57,261 bases of DNA from a virus. Taxonomy: Duplodnaviria > Heunggongvirae > Uroviricota > Caudoviricetes. The stretch is from the IMG/VR virus record IMGVR_UViG_3300028591_000088, one strand, 5' to 3'. Shown here in pieces: positions 38,526 to 50,320 of the stretch. The notes beneath the pieces are model-generated. The model saw nothing but the letters and a program-made list of their open reading frames with translations. It made no database searches and was not told where the DNA came from. Both the position numbers and the translations under genes were made by a program. Within the stretch, counting starts at the first letter, position 1. Each line of letters starts with the position of its first letter.

Positions 38526-39469
38526 ACTATTACTACTTGATAAGTATAAGTAATTGGGTCTAGAAATGATACTATAGTAGCTTCGTTTACCTTATGTATA
38601 GTCTTAGATATGGAAGTAGATAATACTGTATTTCCTGTTTCAAACTACTTATGATATATAGAACCAGTTAAATAACATACAGGTTCATTAAACCTATTAT
38701 TTACTGAATTCCATTTAATAAGACAATCATGAGCTCCTTTAGCAAAAATATTATTCTAACATTCTGGTTCAAGTATGTTATAATAAGTATCTCCTATAAA
38801 TATATTATTTTTACAATCCTTACCTAGAACATTAAACTTAGTGTTCTCGAATTCTGAGGAATCTGTTACTTGTCCAGCCTCTATATTAGAGAAAGTATAT
38901 AAAGCCAAGTCAGAAGAAACATTTATTCCAACTTCAGCAAGTTTGTTTACAGACCAATTATATCTTATATTTTTAAAATCATAGAAAGCTACATTTCCAT
39001 TATCATCTGCTAAGAAGGTAATCTTTCCTTTTGTTGTTACACCATCTGGAAGAGTTTCTCTAGTTGGATCATATTCTACTTCCCATGTTTTTCCTGCTAT
39101 AGTTACTCTTCTATCTATTTCTTCTTTAGAAAGAGCTCGAACATGTAACTACCAAACCTATGATGGATTTATATCAAGTCCCCATGTTATCTTCTATCCT
39201 GCATTATTATTTACATTAGAAGAATATATAGTTTGAAAGTCAGTTATTAAATAAGATGCACCTGTTACAAGAGACTTAGTATAGTATTTATTCCAAAACT
39301 AGGCATAATTCAAAGTTATGGGTGCGTCTTGTCCTCCTTCTCCAGCATAATCTATAATTCCTAGATTCTGACGAACCTAAGCCTACTCGAGAGTAGTAAG
39401 ACCTCCTAAAAGATCTTTCTTTTTAAAGTAATTACTAAGATCACTTGTGCAAGCGTATCTATCCCTCAT
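38522..39469 (-). CDS. Hypothetical structural protein (315 aa, TAG=Gln)
   Basis: MRDRYACTSDL...VRQNLGI...YLITDFQTIY; ATGA overlaps. Confidence 0.7.
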
Positions 39470-39648
39470 AAGCTTATTATTTTTTCGTACAAAGAACTAA
39501 CTTTTTCTATTTTACTTGCATTCTAGATAAAGGATATACTTTGTAATATTTTGCAATAATTTACATCTGTATACCCTCTATCTAGTTTATCAAGTAATTT
39601 TTCAACGTCAGTTATGACTTTACTCTTTAAATTAAGAATGGCATCCAC
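39466..39648 (-). CDS. Small hypothetical protein (60 aa, GTG start)
   Basis: Fills the gap between its neighbours, overlapping both. Confidence 0.5.
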
Positions 39649-40393
39649 AACCTTTATATTGAGTTGAATTTACATTGTCAAGATCTCTACATATTCCCCA
39701 ACAGGTTTCTACTCTTTCAAGAATCTTCTATGCTCTATAAAACTATTGCTGTTCTATACAGTATTTAATAGCATTAAGAGCCATCCAAATTATATCACGA
39801 TTAAGAATCTCGCTTGTAAAACCTTTTGCTTTATCATTAAAACAAGGATCTGTACAAGGCATATTTTCTAGTAAGTACATACATAGTTTAAAAAAACATT
39901 CTTCTAAATGACATAATTCAAATGTATGTAAAGAAGTTTTTATAAGAGTTGTTCCTTCTTGATTAATCTCTAAGATTTCTTCAAGTGGGACTTCAGTAAT
40001 AGTACCATGACGATATTTATAGAACTTATCTTCTGTACCTATAAAATATACTCCATTTGTATAGTTGTCAAGAGCAGTTTCATCCATATCTCTCACATAC
40101 ATAAGCCATTCCTATGTAGGGATGATAATATGTTCTACTCTTTTAAGTCCATCTTTTCCTAGAGTTATTTCATCTATATCTATATCTATATGTGGAACTA
40201 AACTATAAGATTCAAGAGTTTCTTCTTCATTAGAATCTATTGCTATTACTGCATTAAGAGTAGCAGTATGTTCAAAAGTATAGTTTCTAGTACTAACCTC
40301 TGGAGAATCTAAATAGAAATCTGAATCTTTTTCAAGTCCACTTACTTGTATTCCACAAGTACCTTTTTTACATATACTGAATTTAGCTTGCAT
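39632..40393 (-). CDS. Cys-rich hypothetical (probably structural) protein (253 aa, TAG=Gln)
   Basis: Joins ORFs 40112..40393 and 39743..40102; ends KGCGCHS*. Confidence 0.75.
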
Positions 40394-41282
40394 TTACTGG
40401 TAATTTTATTTGTCCAGATACCATAGTAACAGTACCATCACTACCTTGTGTTACATAAGTAGCACGTTTTCCTAAAGCAACCCCACTTACAGAACAAGTA
40501 ACTTGTACTAAGTTTATAGATGATGTAGATGTTCCTTCTGGAACCTAAGCACTTGAAGTTAAGGTAACAGAGAACTGTTCTAATAAATTAGTAGAATCTA
40601 ACTTTACACTAGACTTATCTACCGTTACTGGAGTAAACTCATAAGTACTTCCGATAGAAAGCTCTCCTGTAACTACCACATTACCTATATATCCTCCAAG
40701 TAATTGGATGGTATCTTGTTTACTACTTACAGTAATATTGGCAGTAATCTATACATAATTATCTACTGTAACACTTGGTGCTCCTATAGATAAAGAAACA
40801 AAAAAGTTTGGAAGATCTACATCTGTGGTATTTATAACAATTGGGTTAGATGCTGTATAAGTAGAATTTGTTCTTCCAGTTCCTAAATAATACATAACGG
40901 GAGATTTACCAGGAGCCACTAATTTAATGTGATGAGTAGGCCATGTATTAGGATTCTCTAAGCTTTCTATTCTAGTACGTAATCCAGCTACCTAATTAGT
41001 AAGAGTAGTTAAGTCAGTACTACTTTCTCCAGAAGGGGTACTTCCAGAACCTCCTCCTATTCCTATTTCTCCATTTTCTATTTTTCTATTTATTTCTGCT
41101 GTTACTGTTGAACTTATAGCATTATAAAGACAAAGAAACATCTATCCCAGATCAAGCTGTCCATTCTTATCCTAAGTATCTTGAGCAAGATATGCAGGAA
41201 TCCAATATCTACCAGTAGCTATTACATCATTTAAGGTACCAGGAGTTTTTGGAGGCATTCCAGATATTTTAGTATTTTCCAT
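40383..41282 (-). CDS. Hypothetical structural protein (299 aa, TAG=Gln)
   Basis: MENTKISGMPP...KLPVNAS*; TAATG coupling with the portal gene. Confidence 0.65.
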
Positions 41283-43471
41283 TATGATTTACGTATTGTG
41301 TCATTGTAAGGATTTCCATCTGATAACTGCATAATTTCAAGCTTAGTTCTCTCGTCTTCTATACGATTCTTTTCAGTTTGATAATTATCTGTAGCCTCAG
41401 CTTGGAATTTCTTAACTTCATAGTCCTTATTAACCTTATCTTGTTCTATTTGTAACTTACGCTCATTAAGCTATTGTACTTGTCCTTGGGCTTTCTATAA
41501 TTGAGATTGTAAGTCTTGTAACTATTTCTATAACTCCTCATTTTGTTGAGTAAGCTAAGCTACTTGGCTATTTTCTTTCTTCTATTTAGAAAGAGCTTTA
41601 CGTAATCTCTATTTTATTCCAGTAAGGTCACGTGTAGTCATTATGTCTACAGTTACTTCTGGATCTAGAAGCTAAGCCTTTACAAACTCAGGAACAAGAG
41701 CACGTAACTATTCAGAGTCCTTTATAATATCAACAGAAGTAGTAATATGTATATCATAATCTGACATTGTAAAATGTTCTGGAAGAGCAGTAAATATTCT
41801 CTAAAGTCTATCTCCAAGTACTATAACTCCCGTAAGTCCTTTTTTAAATACTACTTTAGCTACATTTAGAATATCAAGCATCATTTCTTCAGTAAGTACA
41901 TCCATCTACTAATAATACTACTTTGTAATAGTAAATGAATTATTTACAGAAGTCTACACATTAGTAACTGCATCCCTCTATTGAATTCCATTAAGTCTTT
42001 CTCTAAAAACTCCAGTAATTGATGAGGCTGTCTATTCTATAGAGTCTATAGCCATCTGTATTGCTTGTATAGCTTGAGATTTTACAGTATCATCATAACC
42101 ATTATATATAGTATTCATTGGTGTCTATGAACCTAGATTTCCACCTTCCTATTGAGTATCTATAAGAGCCATACCAGTTTTCTTATACGCTAAGAATTTC
42201 TAAAGTCTCTCAGGTAAATCTTTACCTAAGAATTTAGGAAGAACTGATACATCAATCCAGTCACCAACGCTTCCAGATGAAGCTATTAGATTATCTCTAT
42301 AAAAGTGCAGTAAGTCATACTTATCTTGCAAAGAAGCACAAGCAAGTACAAGAGAGTAAGGTTCTGTGCCTCTATTATTGAAATATATTCCATTTAAAGA
42401 AAGGGTGCAATGAGAAGGATTATCATGCGTTCTTACAACTGAGTCATCCTTACCTATTATTATATAGATGTTCTCTCCTATTCGTACAGTTTTATATCTT
42501 TGCATTACAAAGTTTTTATCTGTTTCTACCCATTCTACTTCATAAACTGGAATAAGTTCAAAGTGATGTGAATGAAAAGTATCTACTGGATATCCAGGAA
42601 TTATTTCTTTTCCAGCTCTTATACCATCCGTAGCCGGACGTCCATCACAATAAGCAAAAGAACGTACATAGTATGAATCAGAATCAAATGTATCTCTCCA
42701 TGCTTCCCTAAGAGTAGCAATATCCTCCTTACTAAGTTGTTCTCCATATTGATTAAGAACTTGTTGCCTTGTAAGCCACTTGCGAACTACTGCTCTATGA
42801 GAATCTTTTACATAAGGACTTTCTGGATTTGGATCTATAAATGTATTTAAAGGATTAAGAACTTCTATACATACATTCTATCCTGATGGAGTTTGTTTAG
42901 CTCTATAAAATGTCCATCCAGTTATAAGAAGATCAAGAAGAAGCATTTTGTGTTTAGTAATAATATCTGCTTCTCTACTCTACATTACAAACTATATAAC
43001 ATTCTAAGCAGCTACTTCATAATCGGATATAAAATTTGATTCTATATCTTCTATAAGTTCTTGCATATCTCTTTCTATGCTTTTATCTACTATCTACTAA
43101 TTTCCCTATAAAGAGGAAAGTATTTTATTCTTATATCTCTTTTTTAGAAAATCATAGACTTCTGCTTTTATTTTAAGTTCTTTTTCTCTTGTTATACGTG
43201 TAATAGTTCTAGAATCCTTACAAGTAGCTCTTGGTTGTATTGGAACTCCTAGGTATTCTCCAACTAAAGCATCAATGTGTTTACGAATAAGAGGAATAAA
43301 CTCAACAGAAGTTGGATTTCCTATACCATAGTTTTCTTCTAAGTATCTAAACTACTCAGCATCTCTTTTACCATTGTAATAATTATATGCTTTTTGTAGT
43401 TCCCATTTAGGCTTAACCAGTTCTGCTATGGTTTTATTTGTAATTTCAATAAACTCTTTATCTGTTTTCAT
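41282..43471 (-). CDS. Portal protein (729 aa, TAG=Gln)
   Basis: YNYYNG..FIPLIRKHIDALVGE, ASSITGVFRERLNGI.QRDAVTNV and a C-terminal coiled coil; downstream of TerL. Confidence 0.88.
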
Positions 43472-43770
43472 TTTTTACATGCACAGCTAGTATCAAAACA
43501 CTAGTCATCAGGTGGTACCCTATAACCAGTATAATAATGAACGTCATTCAAATGTCTATCTCTCAATTCTTGAACAAAGAACTTTAAGAACTTATCTAGA
43601 GGAAGCTCAGCCATTATAGTCAAAGGTCTTTCATCATTCTAGATTCCAAGACGTACCTTATATCCTATAGGTTTTAGTTCTTCTACATCAAGAGTTCCTG
43701 TGTAATCCACACAATAAGTATTACGAATACTTTCTAGGATCGCTTGTTCGGTTTCTGTTAACTACTTCAT
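43468..43770 (-). CDS. Hypothetical protein between TerL and portal (100 aa, TAG=Gln)
   Basis: MKQLTETEQAILES...CACKK*; ATGA overlap with the portal gene. Confidence 0.7.
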
Positions 43771-46045
43771 TTGTAAATTCTTGCATTATTCTTACTTTAG
43801 GCTACTACTATTTAGGGATAACTCCAAAATGTCTTACTCCTTTATCATCTTTATAGTAGCCTATATCTTGGAATGTCTAACTTTCATCAGGTTCTACATC
43901 AGTTGCTATAACTCCCCCAAGTTCTTCATCAGCTAATTCAGCCATTCCACAGGCCGCTACAATATCAAATTTTCCTTTCTTTTCGTCTGTATACCTATTA
44001 AATTGGTCAAGAAATTCAGGAAACCATATATTTTGACAATAGTCTTCTATATATGCAGCAATAAGATCTGTCTGATGTGCAATAATAGTTGGAGTAGCAG
44101 GAGTACCAATAGCATTACCTATCTTCTTTGTAGCCTCTGGATATGTAGCACGAGGTCTTCTTATAAAATAATCACCCCATCCATTTCCTTTTGCCCAGTT
44201 TAAAAATGAAAGACGAGTTGCTTCTATATTACATCTACAATTATAGTAGAGCATAAGCTTCATAGCAGTTTGGAAAGCTTGTCTTTCATCATCTGGACGA
44301 AACATATAGTAAGCAACATACTTAGGTTCCTACATTCCAAAGGCTCTTTTCTTTATAACTATACAGAATTTAGATGGGTCTTTAGTTTCTTCAGAGGTTT
44401 GCTCCATACCAATATCTATACCATCCACTCCTGCAACATATAAATTACGTTTCTATCCATACTAAATAGTATTACCTTCATCATCCTATTGGACTCCTAA
44501 CCATATAGGATGTTCAATAATATGGACAAGTCCATTATTTCCAGGAACCCATCTAACCCCAGATACATTTCTTAGATTTTTATGATCAGTCCCCTATTTA
44601 AATAGAAACTAGAAGTCTCCGTGTTCTATTGTAGGCCCTTCTTTAAGTACTTTTATTTTTGTAAGCTATTCAGCTATAAGTACTTTATTAAATTTGTTAG
44701 TTCCTTCAAGTGCAAATGCTTCTTCTGCATTAAAGCAATACTCAGCTGAATATTCTATAAGAGCCTTAGGACTTCCAGCTCTCAGTCTCCTTTCATTCTC
44801 GTAGTATTCTTTTCCTCTTTTTGCATCACAAAATCCTCTTTCATCCATGAAATCTCCTCTATAAAGAGCAATGAAAGCAGGAATAAAGTAACAAGTCTTT
44901 ACCCAATCACCATCCTATGTATAATTATGTAAGAAAGGAAGTACATTATGTCCTTCAGGGTCATAATACATATCAGAGAGTCCCTCAAGGTTTGGACCTG
45001 AGTCACCACCAGTTCCTCCAGCTAAGATTATTCCTATCTTGTTACCTCCAAGTTGTACTAGAGCTTCTCCTTTAATAAATGATTTTCTAAAATTAGGATT
45101 AGAACCTGCCTCCTCAAGTACAAGAAGCTCTACACGATCACCTCTTATTTTAGCATCACTATCAGCTACAATTCCTTCTATTTGGGATTTCCATCCATCT
45201 TCAATTTTCTGTCCTTGTACTATCTTGTAATAAGAAGCTCTTTTCTTATACTATGTATCTACAGCCTATCTAAGTTTGAAGAATCCTCCTTCTGTATTAT
45301 CATTTAGGAAGTTGAGTTCTTCCCAAATTTTTTCAAGGGTCTTATCTACATAGTTTTTAGAAGCAGCAGTCATCAAAGTCTTAGAGTTCCTAAACACGCT
45401 GTAACGTGCAGTACATAAACAAGCATTTATTTCTGAAAATCCACAACCTCTAGACTTCATAAGTCCACAATTCTTACGTAGAATCATACAGAGTTCATAA
45501 TAGTGAAAGAACTCATACTAATATACATAAAAATTGGGATATATAATTCCTCTGGACGTTCCTGCTTTATCAGCATTAGGATTTGGAACTTGATAATAAT
45601 TAAGAAAGAAATAGTGAGAACCTGTAATTGTGTATCCATTTACACAAAGTCCTTCTCGGCATCTTACATATTCTCCATGCCAGAAATCTGCATATGCTTT
45701 AGAACCAGGAACGAACTAACAATATTTTCCTGTCCTATTTTTATTATCTCTTGCCTAAGTAAACCATTCAGGTCTAAAATCAAGACTATGTGTTTCATCT
45801 ATAGGTTTATATCCTGTAAGTTCATAGGATAATCTTTTATCAAAAAAAGAAATAGCAGCATCCTTAGGGACATCCCATTCAGAACGCTGCTACCTTAACT
45901 CTGCAACGTACTGTTGCACTTCTTTATGAACTTCCTCTTCTTCTTTCTTTACAACTTCCTATATAATGGACTATACTTCATCTGGTACTTCAGGAAGTAG
46001 TGCAGATTTCTTGCGAGGACGTCCGCGTTTTTTCTATTCAGCCAT
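43721..46045 (-). CDS. terL: Terminase large subunit (774 aa, TAG=Gln)
   Basis: Walker A-like KSRGCGFS, Walker B LLVLEEAG, GGTGG coupling motif, nuclease YVAGVDGID and KFDIVAACGMA; ORF fragments share its frame. Confidence 0.93.
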
Positions 46046-46632
46046 TACATATCAGTTGGTAAATAACCTTCTACAGCACCAGCTCTTAACTGAGAAGCTT
46101 CTTCCATTTCTTTCTTGACAGCAGCTTCCAAAGTTTTGAGTTCTTCATGCACTTTAGAAAGATTAGAGATTTCGGCCATTATATCTTTAACTTTAAATAT
46201 AGGCTTCCCTGTTTGAGCATCTCTCTCTTCAGGGTCAATATTATTAAAATAGTCTATAAACTTATCTACTGTAAGTTGCGCTGCATGTAGCATTCTTATA
46301 GTTCTATTACTCTCTTGTAAAGCTCTATATTTTCTACAAGCAGCCCTAAATAAAGGATCATTAAACTCTTCTTCGGTGAGTCCAGAATCCTTAAGAGCTT
46401 CTTCATGTCGCTCCTGTTCAGTATATCCTGCATATAAAGACTACCAATCAAGTGCTAACCATATATAAGTAAATTCTTTAAAAGCTCTCAAACATTTTTC
46501 TCCAGTTTTATCAGCATTACATACATTTCTACTCTTCTGTACTAGTGCCTTAAACTCACTTATCAGTAGAATTTCAGGTTTTTCTAGTTCAACCTTACCA
46601 TTAACATTATTATACTGGAAAATATGTAACAT
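46045..46632 (-). CDS. Conserved hypothetical protein upstream of TerL (195 aa; possible small terminase)
   Basis: Joins ORFs 46441..46632 and 46045..46293 across a TAG; TerS role inferred from position only. Confidence 0.65.
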
Positions 46633-46640
46633 TATTTATT

Positions 46641-47066
46641 TTATTTTGCTAAATTCCAGGCAGTATTAAATCTTCTTTTTAAAGTTTCGTATTCTGCAGC
46701 TTCCCATGGTGAACTTTTTTCATAATTATCATTAAAGAAACCTCCAAATATTGGTATTATATGTCTTTGTTTTTTCCCAAAGTGATAATTATTACCAGCT
46801 GCTCTAACTACTCCATTTATAGGTTTAATAAAAGAAGGCCTCTCTGCATATGTAGTATCATTAAACATAGGACTTACTTTTGAATGTATTATCTGTTCTA
46901 CTATTTGAGCTGGCTATTTGTACCAAGGAGCCTAAGACTCTACTCCTCTTATAGATATAGAATCTCCGAAATAGCTTGAAGAATTAGTTACTCTTCTTCC
47001 TCCTTTATATCTGTCTTCTACTTTTTGAGCAGTTGGAAGGTTCCCTCCGGTTTGGTGTTTAGTTAT
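46641..47066 (-). CDS. Open frame with no early start codon (possible frameshift extension of the upstream gene)
   Basis: ITKHQTGGNLP...WNLAK*; first ATG only at 46868; reached by a -1 shift at the A11 run. Confidence 0.55.
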
Positions 47067-47572
47067 TTTTTTTTTTCGAGGCCCAAAGATTGTCTTAGGG
47101 TCTCTAGAGTTCCACCAATCTAGTGTTTTTTCATCTTACCTCCGCACTCTTTTTCAAGTGGTACTTTCTTTTTCTTGTCTTTGAATTGTTGAAGAGCATT
47201 TTTCTTAGGCTCCATAGTACCACCTTTCTTATTCTTTACACAGTTACAACCGACAACACCACCTTTCGCAAAGTATTCCAAGTGCTCATCTTGACCACAC
47301 TGATGTTTTAGATTTTTAATAAACTGTAGTTTAGCTCCGTGTTTAGCAGCCTGTGTTTGTTGTGCTTGCATTTCTTGCATGAACTGACCAAGAGCCTGTT
47401 CAAGAGCAGCTGGATCTTGGAGTTGGTTAGGATCAATTCCTTTCTGTTGTGCCCATTGACTAAAAGCCTGCATTATCTGCTACTGTTGATCTTGAGGTAA
47501 CTATTGAATCTAAGCTAAAATGCCTCCACCTTGCTGTGGAGCAGCACCACCTTGTTGAAATTTATTAATCAT
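47063..47572 (-). CDS. Gln-rich cargo-like protein with repeated K-x-x-GG motifs (169 aa, TAG=Gln)
   Basis: MINKFQQGG...AKHGAKL...FAKGG...KKHQIGG...LEKKK*. Confidence 0.75.
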
Positions 47573-47783
47573 TTTCTAATTTTATTAAGTCTTTAGTATT
47601 CCAAATTTCTTCTTGAAGTGTACCATCTGTTGTAAACCATCTACAGCGAATACCTTTCAATGACTAATCTTCCTTTTTATATATGTAAGTTTCTTTTTTA
47701 ACTACTATCATTACAGGCTTATTGGGCAAGTTCTATTTAATTGTAACCAAATCGCCAGGCATAAAATAAGTTTTCTCATCCAT
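47565..47783 (-). CDS. Small YodC/DUF2158-like protein (72 aa, TAG=Gln)
   Basis: FMPGDLVTIK..P.M.V...IRCRWF..G.LQEE. Confidence 0.65.
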
Positions 47784-48387
47784 TGTTCTTTAATTCATTA
47801 AAACGAGCAGTAAGACCTTCATTTACTACAGTCATAATACTCTGTTCATTTACAAGTACAAGTCCTTGTTTATAGAAAGGTACAGGAGTTTCAGATACTT
47901 TTCTCCACATAACTATATCTCCTTCACGTACCCATTTACAAGCAGGTCCATTATCTATTACAGTTCCTACATGAATAAACTGCTCTTCTTCTTCATACTC
48001 TCCAGTTTCACGACTTTTATATGTAGGCTTCATTCCACCTAAGTCATATATAATTGCCCCTTCTCTCTTGAGTGTTTGAAATGGATTTTCTTCAAATGGC
48101 TTGATAAGTAAACCAGCACCTATAGCTTTTATTTCTAATTTTTCTAGGTCACTACAAAGAGACTCTTGGTATTGTTTAAGAAGTTCTGTGTGATCATCTA
48201 GCTTCTTTACATATTGTTCTACTTGGTCATTGAACTTTGCTTTGGCCTGGTCTTTTACTATATCATCTACTGTATTTTTATTAGCATAGAATAATTGTCC
48301 ATCTGATATTGCTCTTGCAACTTTCTCCTTTTCTGTAGGAATACTGTTAAAATCATGTCCATTAATCGTTTCCATATACATTACCAT
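47776..48387 (-). CDS. GroES-like co-chaperonin domain protein (203 aa)
   Basis: LLIKP...GTVIDNGPACKWVREGDIV...LVNEQSIMTVV pattern with an N-terminal extension. Confidence 0.65.
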   Translation of the reverse strand: MVMYMETINGHDFNSIPTEKEKVARAISDGQLFYANKNTVDDIVKDQAKAKFNDQVEQYVKKLDDHTELLKQYQESLCSDLEKLEIKAIGAGLLIKPFEENPFQTLKREGAIIYDLGGMKPTYKSRETGEYEEEEQFIHVGTVIDNGPACKWVREGDIVMWRKVSETPVPFYKQGLVLVNEQSIMTVVNEGLTARFNELKNNG

Positions 48388-48647
48388 TTATTAGCTGGGC
48401 AGGTGGCAGTTGCTAATGTTGTTTTTGCCTATAACCTGCATCCACATCCTCTATAATAATTATCTTCTTGCTCTGTACTTACCTCTCCAGTCTTAGGATT
48501 TAACCATAAGTTACTGTTACATATTCCTCCAAGTGTATCTTTATATAAAGGACACTTTAGACATATCTTCATTCTTTTCTCTTTAATATTCTCATTAAGC
48601 CCTAAGACTTCATTAACATGCCCATGTACAATTTGCCCTATATTCAT
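48381..48647 (-). CDS. Cys-rich zinc-finger-like protein (88 aa, TAG=Gln)
   Basis: ICLKCP...GCGCRLQAKT...CPANKW*. Confidence 0.75.
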
Positions 48648-49549
48648 TAGTATTCAATTCTTTTATACTTCAATTTTTGAGCTTCTTTTTGAATCTCTTT
48701 CTTATAGTGCTTAAACATCTTTTCTACTTCGTCCTTTAAATAGTCTAGATGATATACAGTTTGTTTATTGTTATGATCCCAATGAACCATTATAAGTTCT
48801 TGTAATTTGAGGTCAGGACGTATTTGTTGAATCATCCATGCATAAGTAGAGAGTTGTAATGTATAATGATAGAAATTACAATCATCTAAATTATTCAAAG
48901 GATAAAGCATTTTTGCACTACTTTTAGTTTGTGTATTAAATCCAGATTTTGTCTTGATTTCTTTATTGGTTTTCCAATCTAATATATAAAAAGTATTACC
49001 TGAAATAACTAATAAGTCAATCTGTCCTGCCAATCTTAGTAGTTTATCATCGGACGAATAAGAAATTAAATATTCTGGATATACTCCATTTTCTAAATCA
49101 AGAGAAGTTCGTCCCTTATCACATATGAACTTACCTCCAACTCCAAACTTTTTTAAGGATACGTTAGCACCCATATCATACATACTTTGTTCAAGTTTTG
49201 CATGAATTTTAGTACCTCTCTCGCATGATTCTCTATTTGTTTTATCCCATTCATCTAAAATGCTTTGTTGTGCTCTATTGAAGTCAAGCTCTGATATATT
49301 ATATGTATCAAGAAGCTCTTTATCAAATTTGTGAGTAGCAAGCAACGATTTTCTCTCAATTCCCCAAACATTTGAAGGTAATAATTGTTCTAGTGCTTTA
49401 TAAGCAGACCAAAAGTCTTTATCAAAAGGTTGGGCGTATCTTTCTATCAGTGTTGTAACTGAGATATACTTTGCATTATCATGTTCATTCCAGTAGATAT
49501 GTGAATCTTCATTAAAACACATATCACCATTTCTCTTGTCAATTTTCAT
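48647..49549 (-). CDS. PD-(D/E)xK (RecB/Cas4-like) nuclease (300 aa)
   Basis: SVTTLI, RGTKIH, LAGQIDLL, ILDWKT, QLSTY. Confidence 0.85.
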   Translation of the reverse strand: MKIDKRNGDMCFNEDSHIYWNEHDNAKYISVTTLIERYAQPFDKDFWSAYKALEQLLPSNVWGIERKSLLATHKFDKELLDTYNISELDFNRAQQSILDEWDKTNRESCERGTKIHAKLEQSMYDMGANVSLKKFGVGGKFICDKGRTSLDLENGVYPEYLISYSSDDKLLRLAGQIDLLVISGNTFYILDWKTNKEIKTKSGFNTQTKSSAKMLYPLNNLDDCNFYHYTLQLSTYAWMIQQIRPDLKLQELIMVHWDHNNKQTVYHLDYLKDEVEKMFKHYKKEIQKEAQKLKYKRIEY

Positions 49550-49551
49550 AA

Positions 49552-49824
49552 TTATTCAAAGTGTGGATGTCTACCTATCTAATCTCTTATTTCTTCACGT
49601 ATTCTCTGATTTACTCTACTTGTAGCTTCTCCTAATTTTGATTTGATGTAAATACTTACACCAAAAATACCACCAGCGTAAGCTAGAGCCTGAGCTACGT
49701 ACCATAATATACTAGCTTCAATCGCCTATATAGCAAAGAAAGATAAAAAAGCTAAAACAATAGCACTTAAAATCATAGCTATAGCTGAACCATACTGAAT
49801 CCAATCCTTTGTATTACTTTGCAT
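49552..49824 (-). CDS. Holin-like membrane protein (90 aa, TAG=Gln)
   Basis: KDWIQYGSAIAM..., two hydrophobic helices, WYVAQALAYAGGIFGVSIY, charged tail. Confidence 0.65.
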
Positions 49825-49927
49825 GTTGTTTCTGTTATTTAGTAAGAAGTCCAAGATATATACTACTAAGATATAGCATATTTATCTATTATGTTTGTAT
49901 ATTTTACTTTCTGTATTTTGAACTAAT

Positions 49928-49958
49928 CAAACTTAACATTATTTTTAGAATAACCAAA
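49928..49958 (-). promoter_or_regulatory. Bacteroidetes sigma-70-type promoter for the leftward block
   Basis: TTTG-N19-TAAGTTTG, an exact consensus match, in the divergent intergenic region. Confidence 0.65.
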
Positions 49959-49991
49959 GTAATTTATATTTTTATTTAAATTGTTAAGAAT

Positions 49992-50144
49992 ATGAAAATT
50001 TATGGATTGAAATTTGGAGGAAAACCAACTGGAGCTTTTGACTTCAGACCTAATAGAACCGTTGATAGTAATCCTAGCCTTTCTAATATGAAAGGAGACT
50101 ATGTAGATAAGAAGAAAAAACTAATTAAAAGAAAGAAGAAATGA
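49992..50144 (+). CDS. Small basic protein (50 aa)
   Basis: MKIYGLKFGGK...KKKKLIKRKKK*; ATGA overlap. Confidence 0.55.
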   Translation: MKIYGLKFGGKPTGAFDFRPNRTVDSNPSLSNMKGDYVDKKKKLIKRKKK

Positions 50145-50320
50145 CTCTAGAAGAAGTTACACCATTTATAAAGGAAGGTCACTGGGGAAGACTTACTAAT
50201 TACGTAGGATATTTTAAGTATGACTATTATAGATAGTGTGTTTATATGCAAAACGGAGATTATAAAAAATACAACTTAGATGATGTTAAACATAGAACTG
50301 ATTTTTGGTATATAATATGA
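50141..50320 (+). CDS. Small hypothetical protein (59 aa, TAG=Gln)
   Basis: MTLEEVTPFIKEG...DFWYII*; coupled at both ends. Confidence 0.6.

Noticed and set aside
43721-46045. Intein or intron in TerL
   Set aside because: The frame is continuous at normal length and no splice-junction motifs were noticed
144-47311. Plus-strand ORFs in the track (e.g. 144..377, 1128..1406, 15878..16327, 29583..29933, 45503..45832)
   Set aside because: Antisense shadows of long minus-strand genes or the intron, with no recognisable motifs
48647-49549. Cas4 / CRISPR system
   Set aside because: Solo PD-(D/E)xK nuclease; no repeat-spacer array or other cas genes seen
2542-49824. Apparent mass pseudogenisation (many short ORFs)
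   Set aside because: The breaks checked are in-frame TAGs; fragments share a frame and essential motifs are intact, so this is recoding rather than decay
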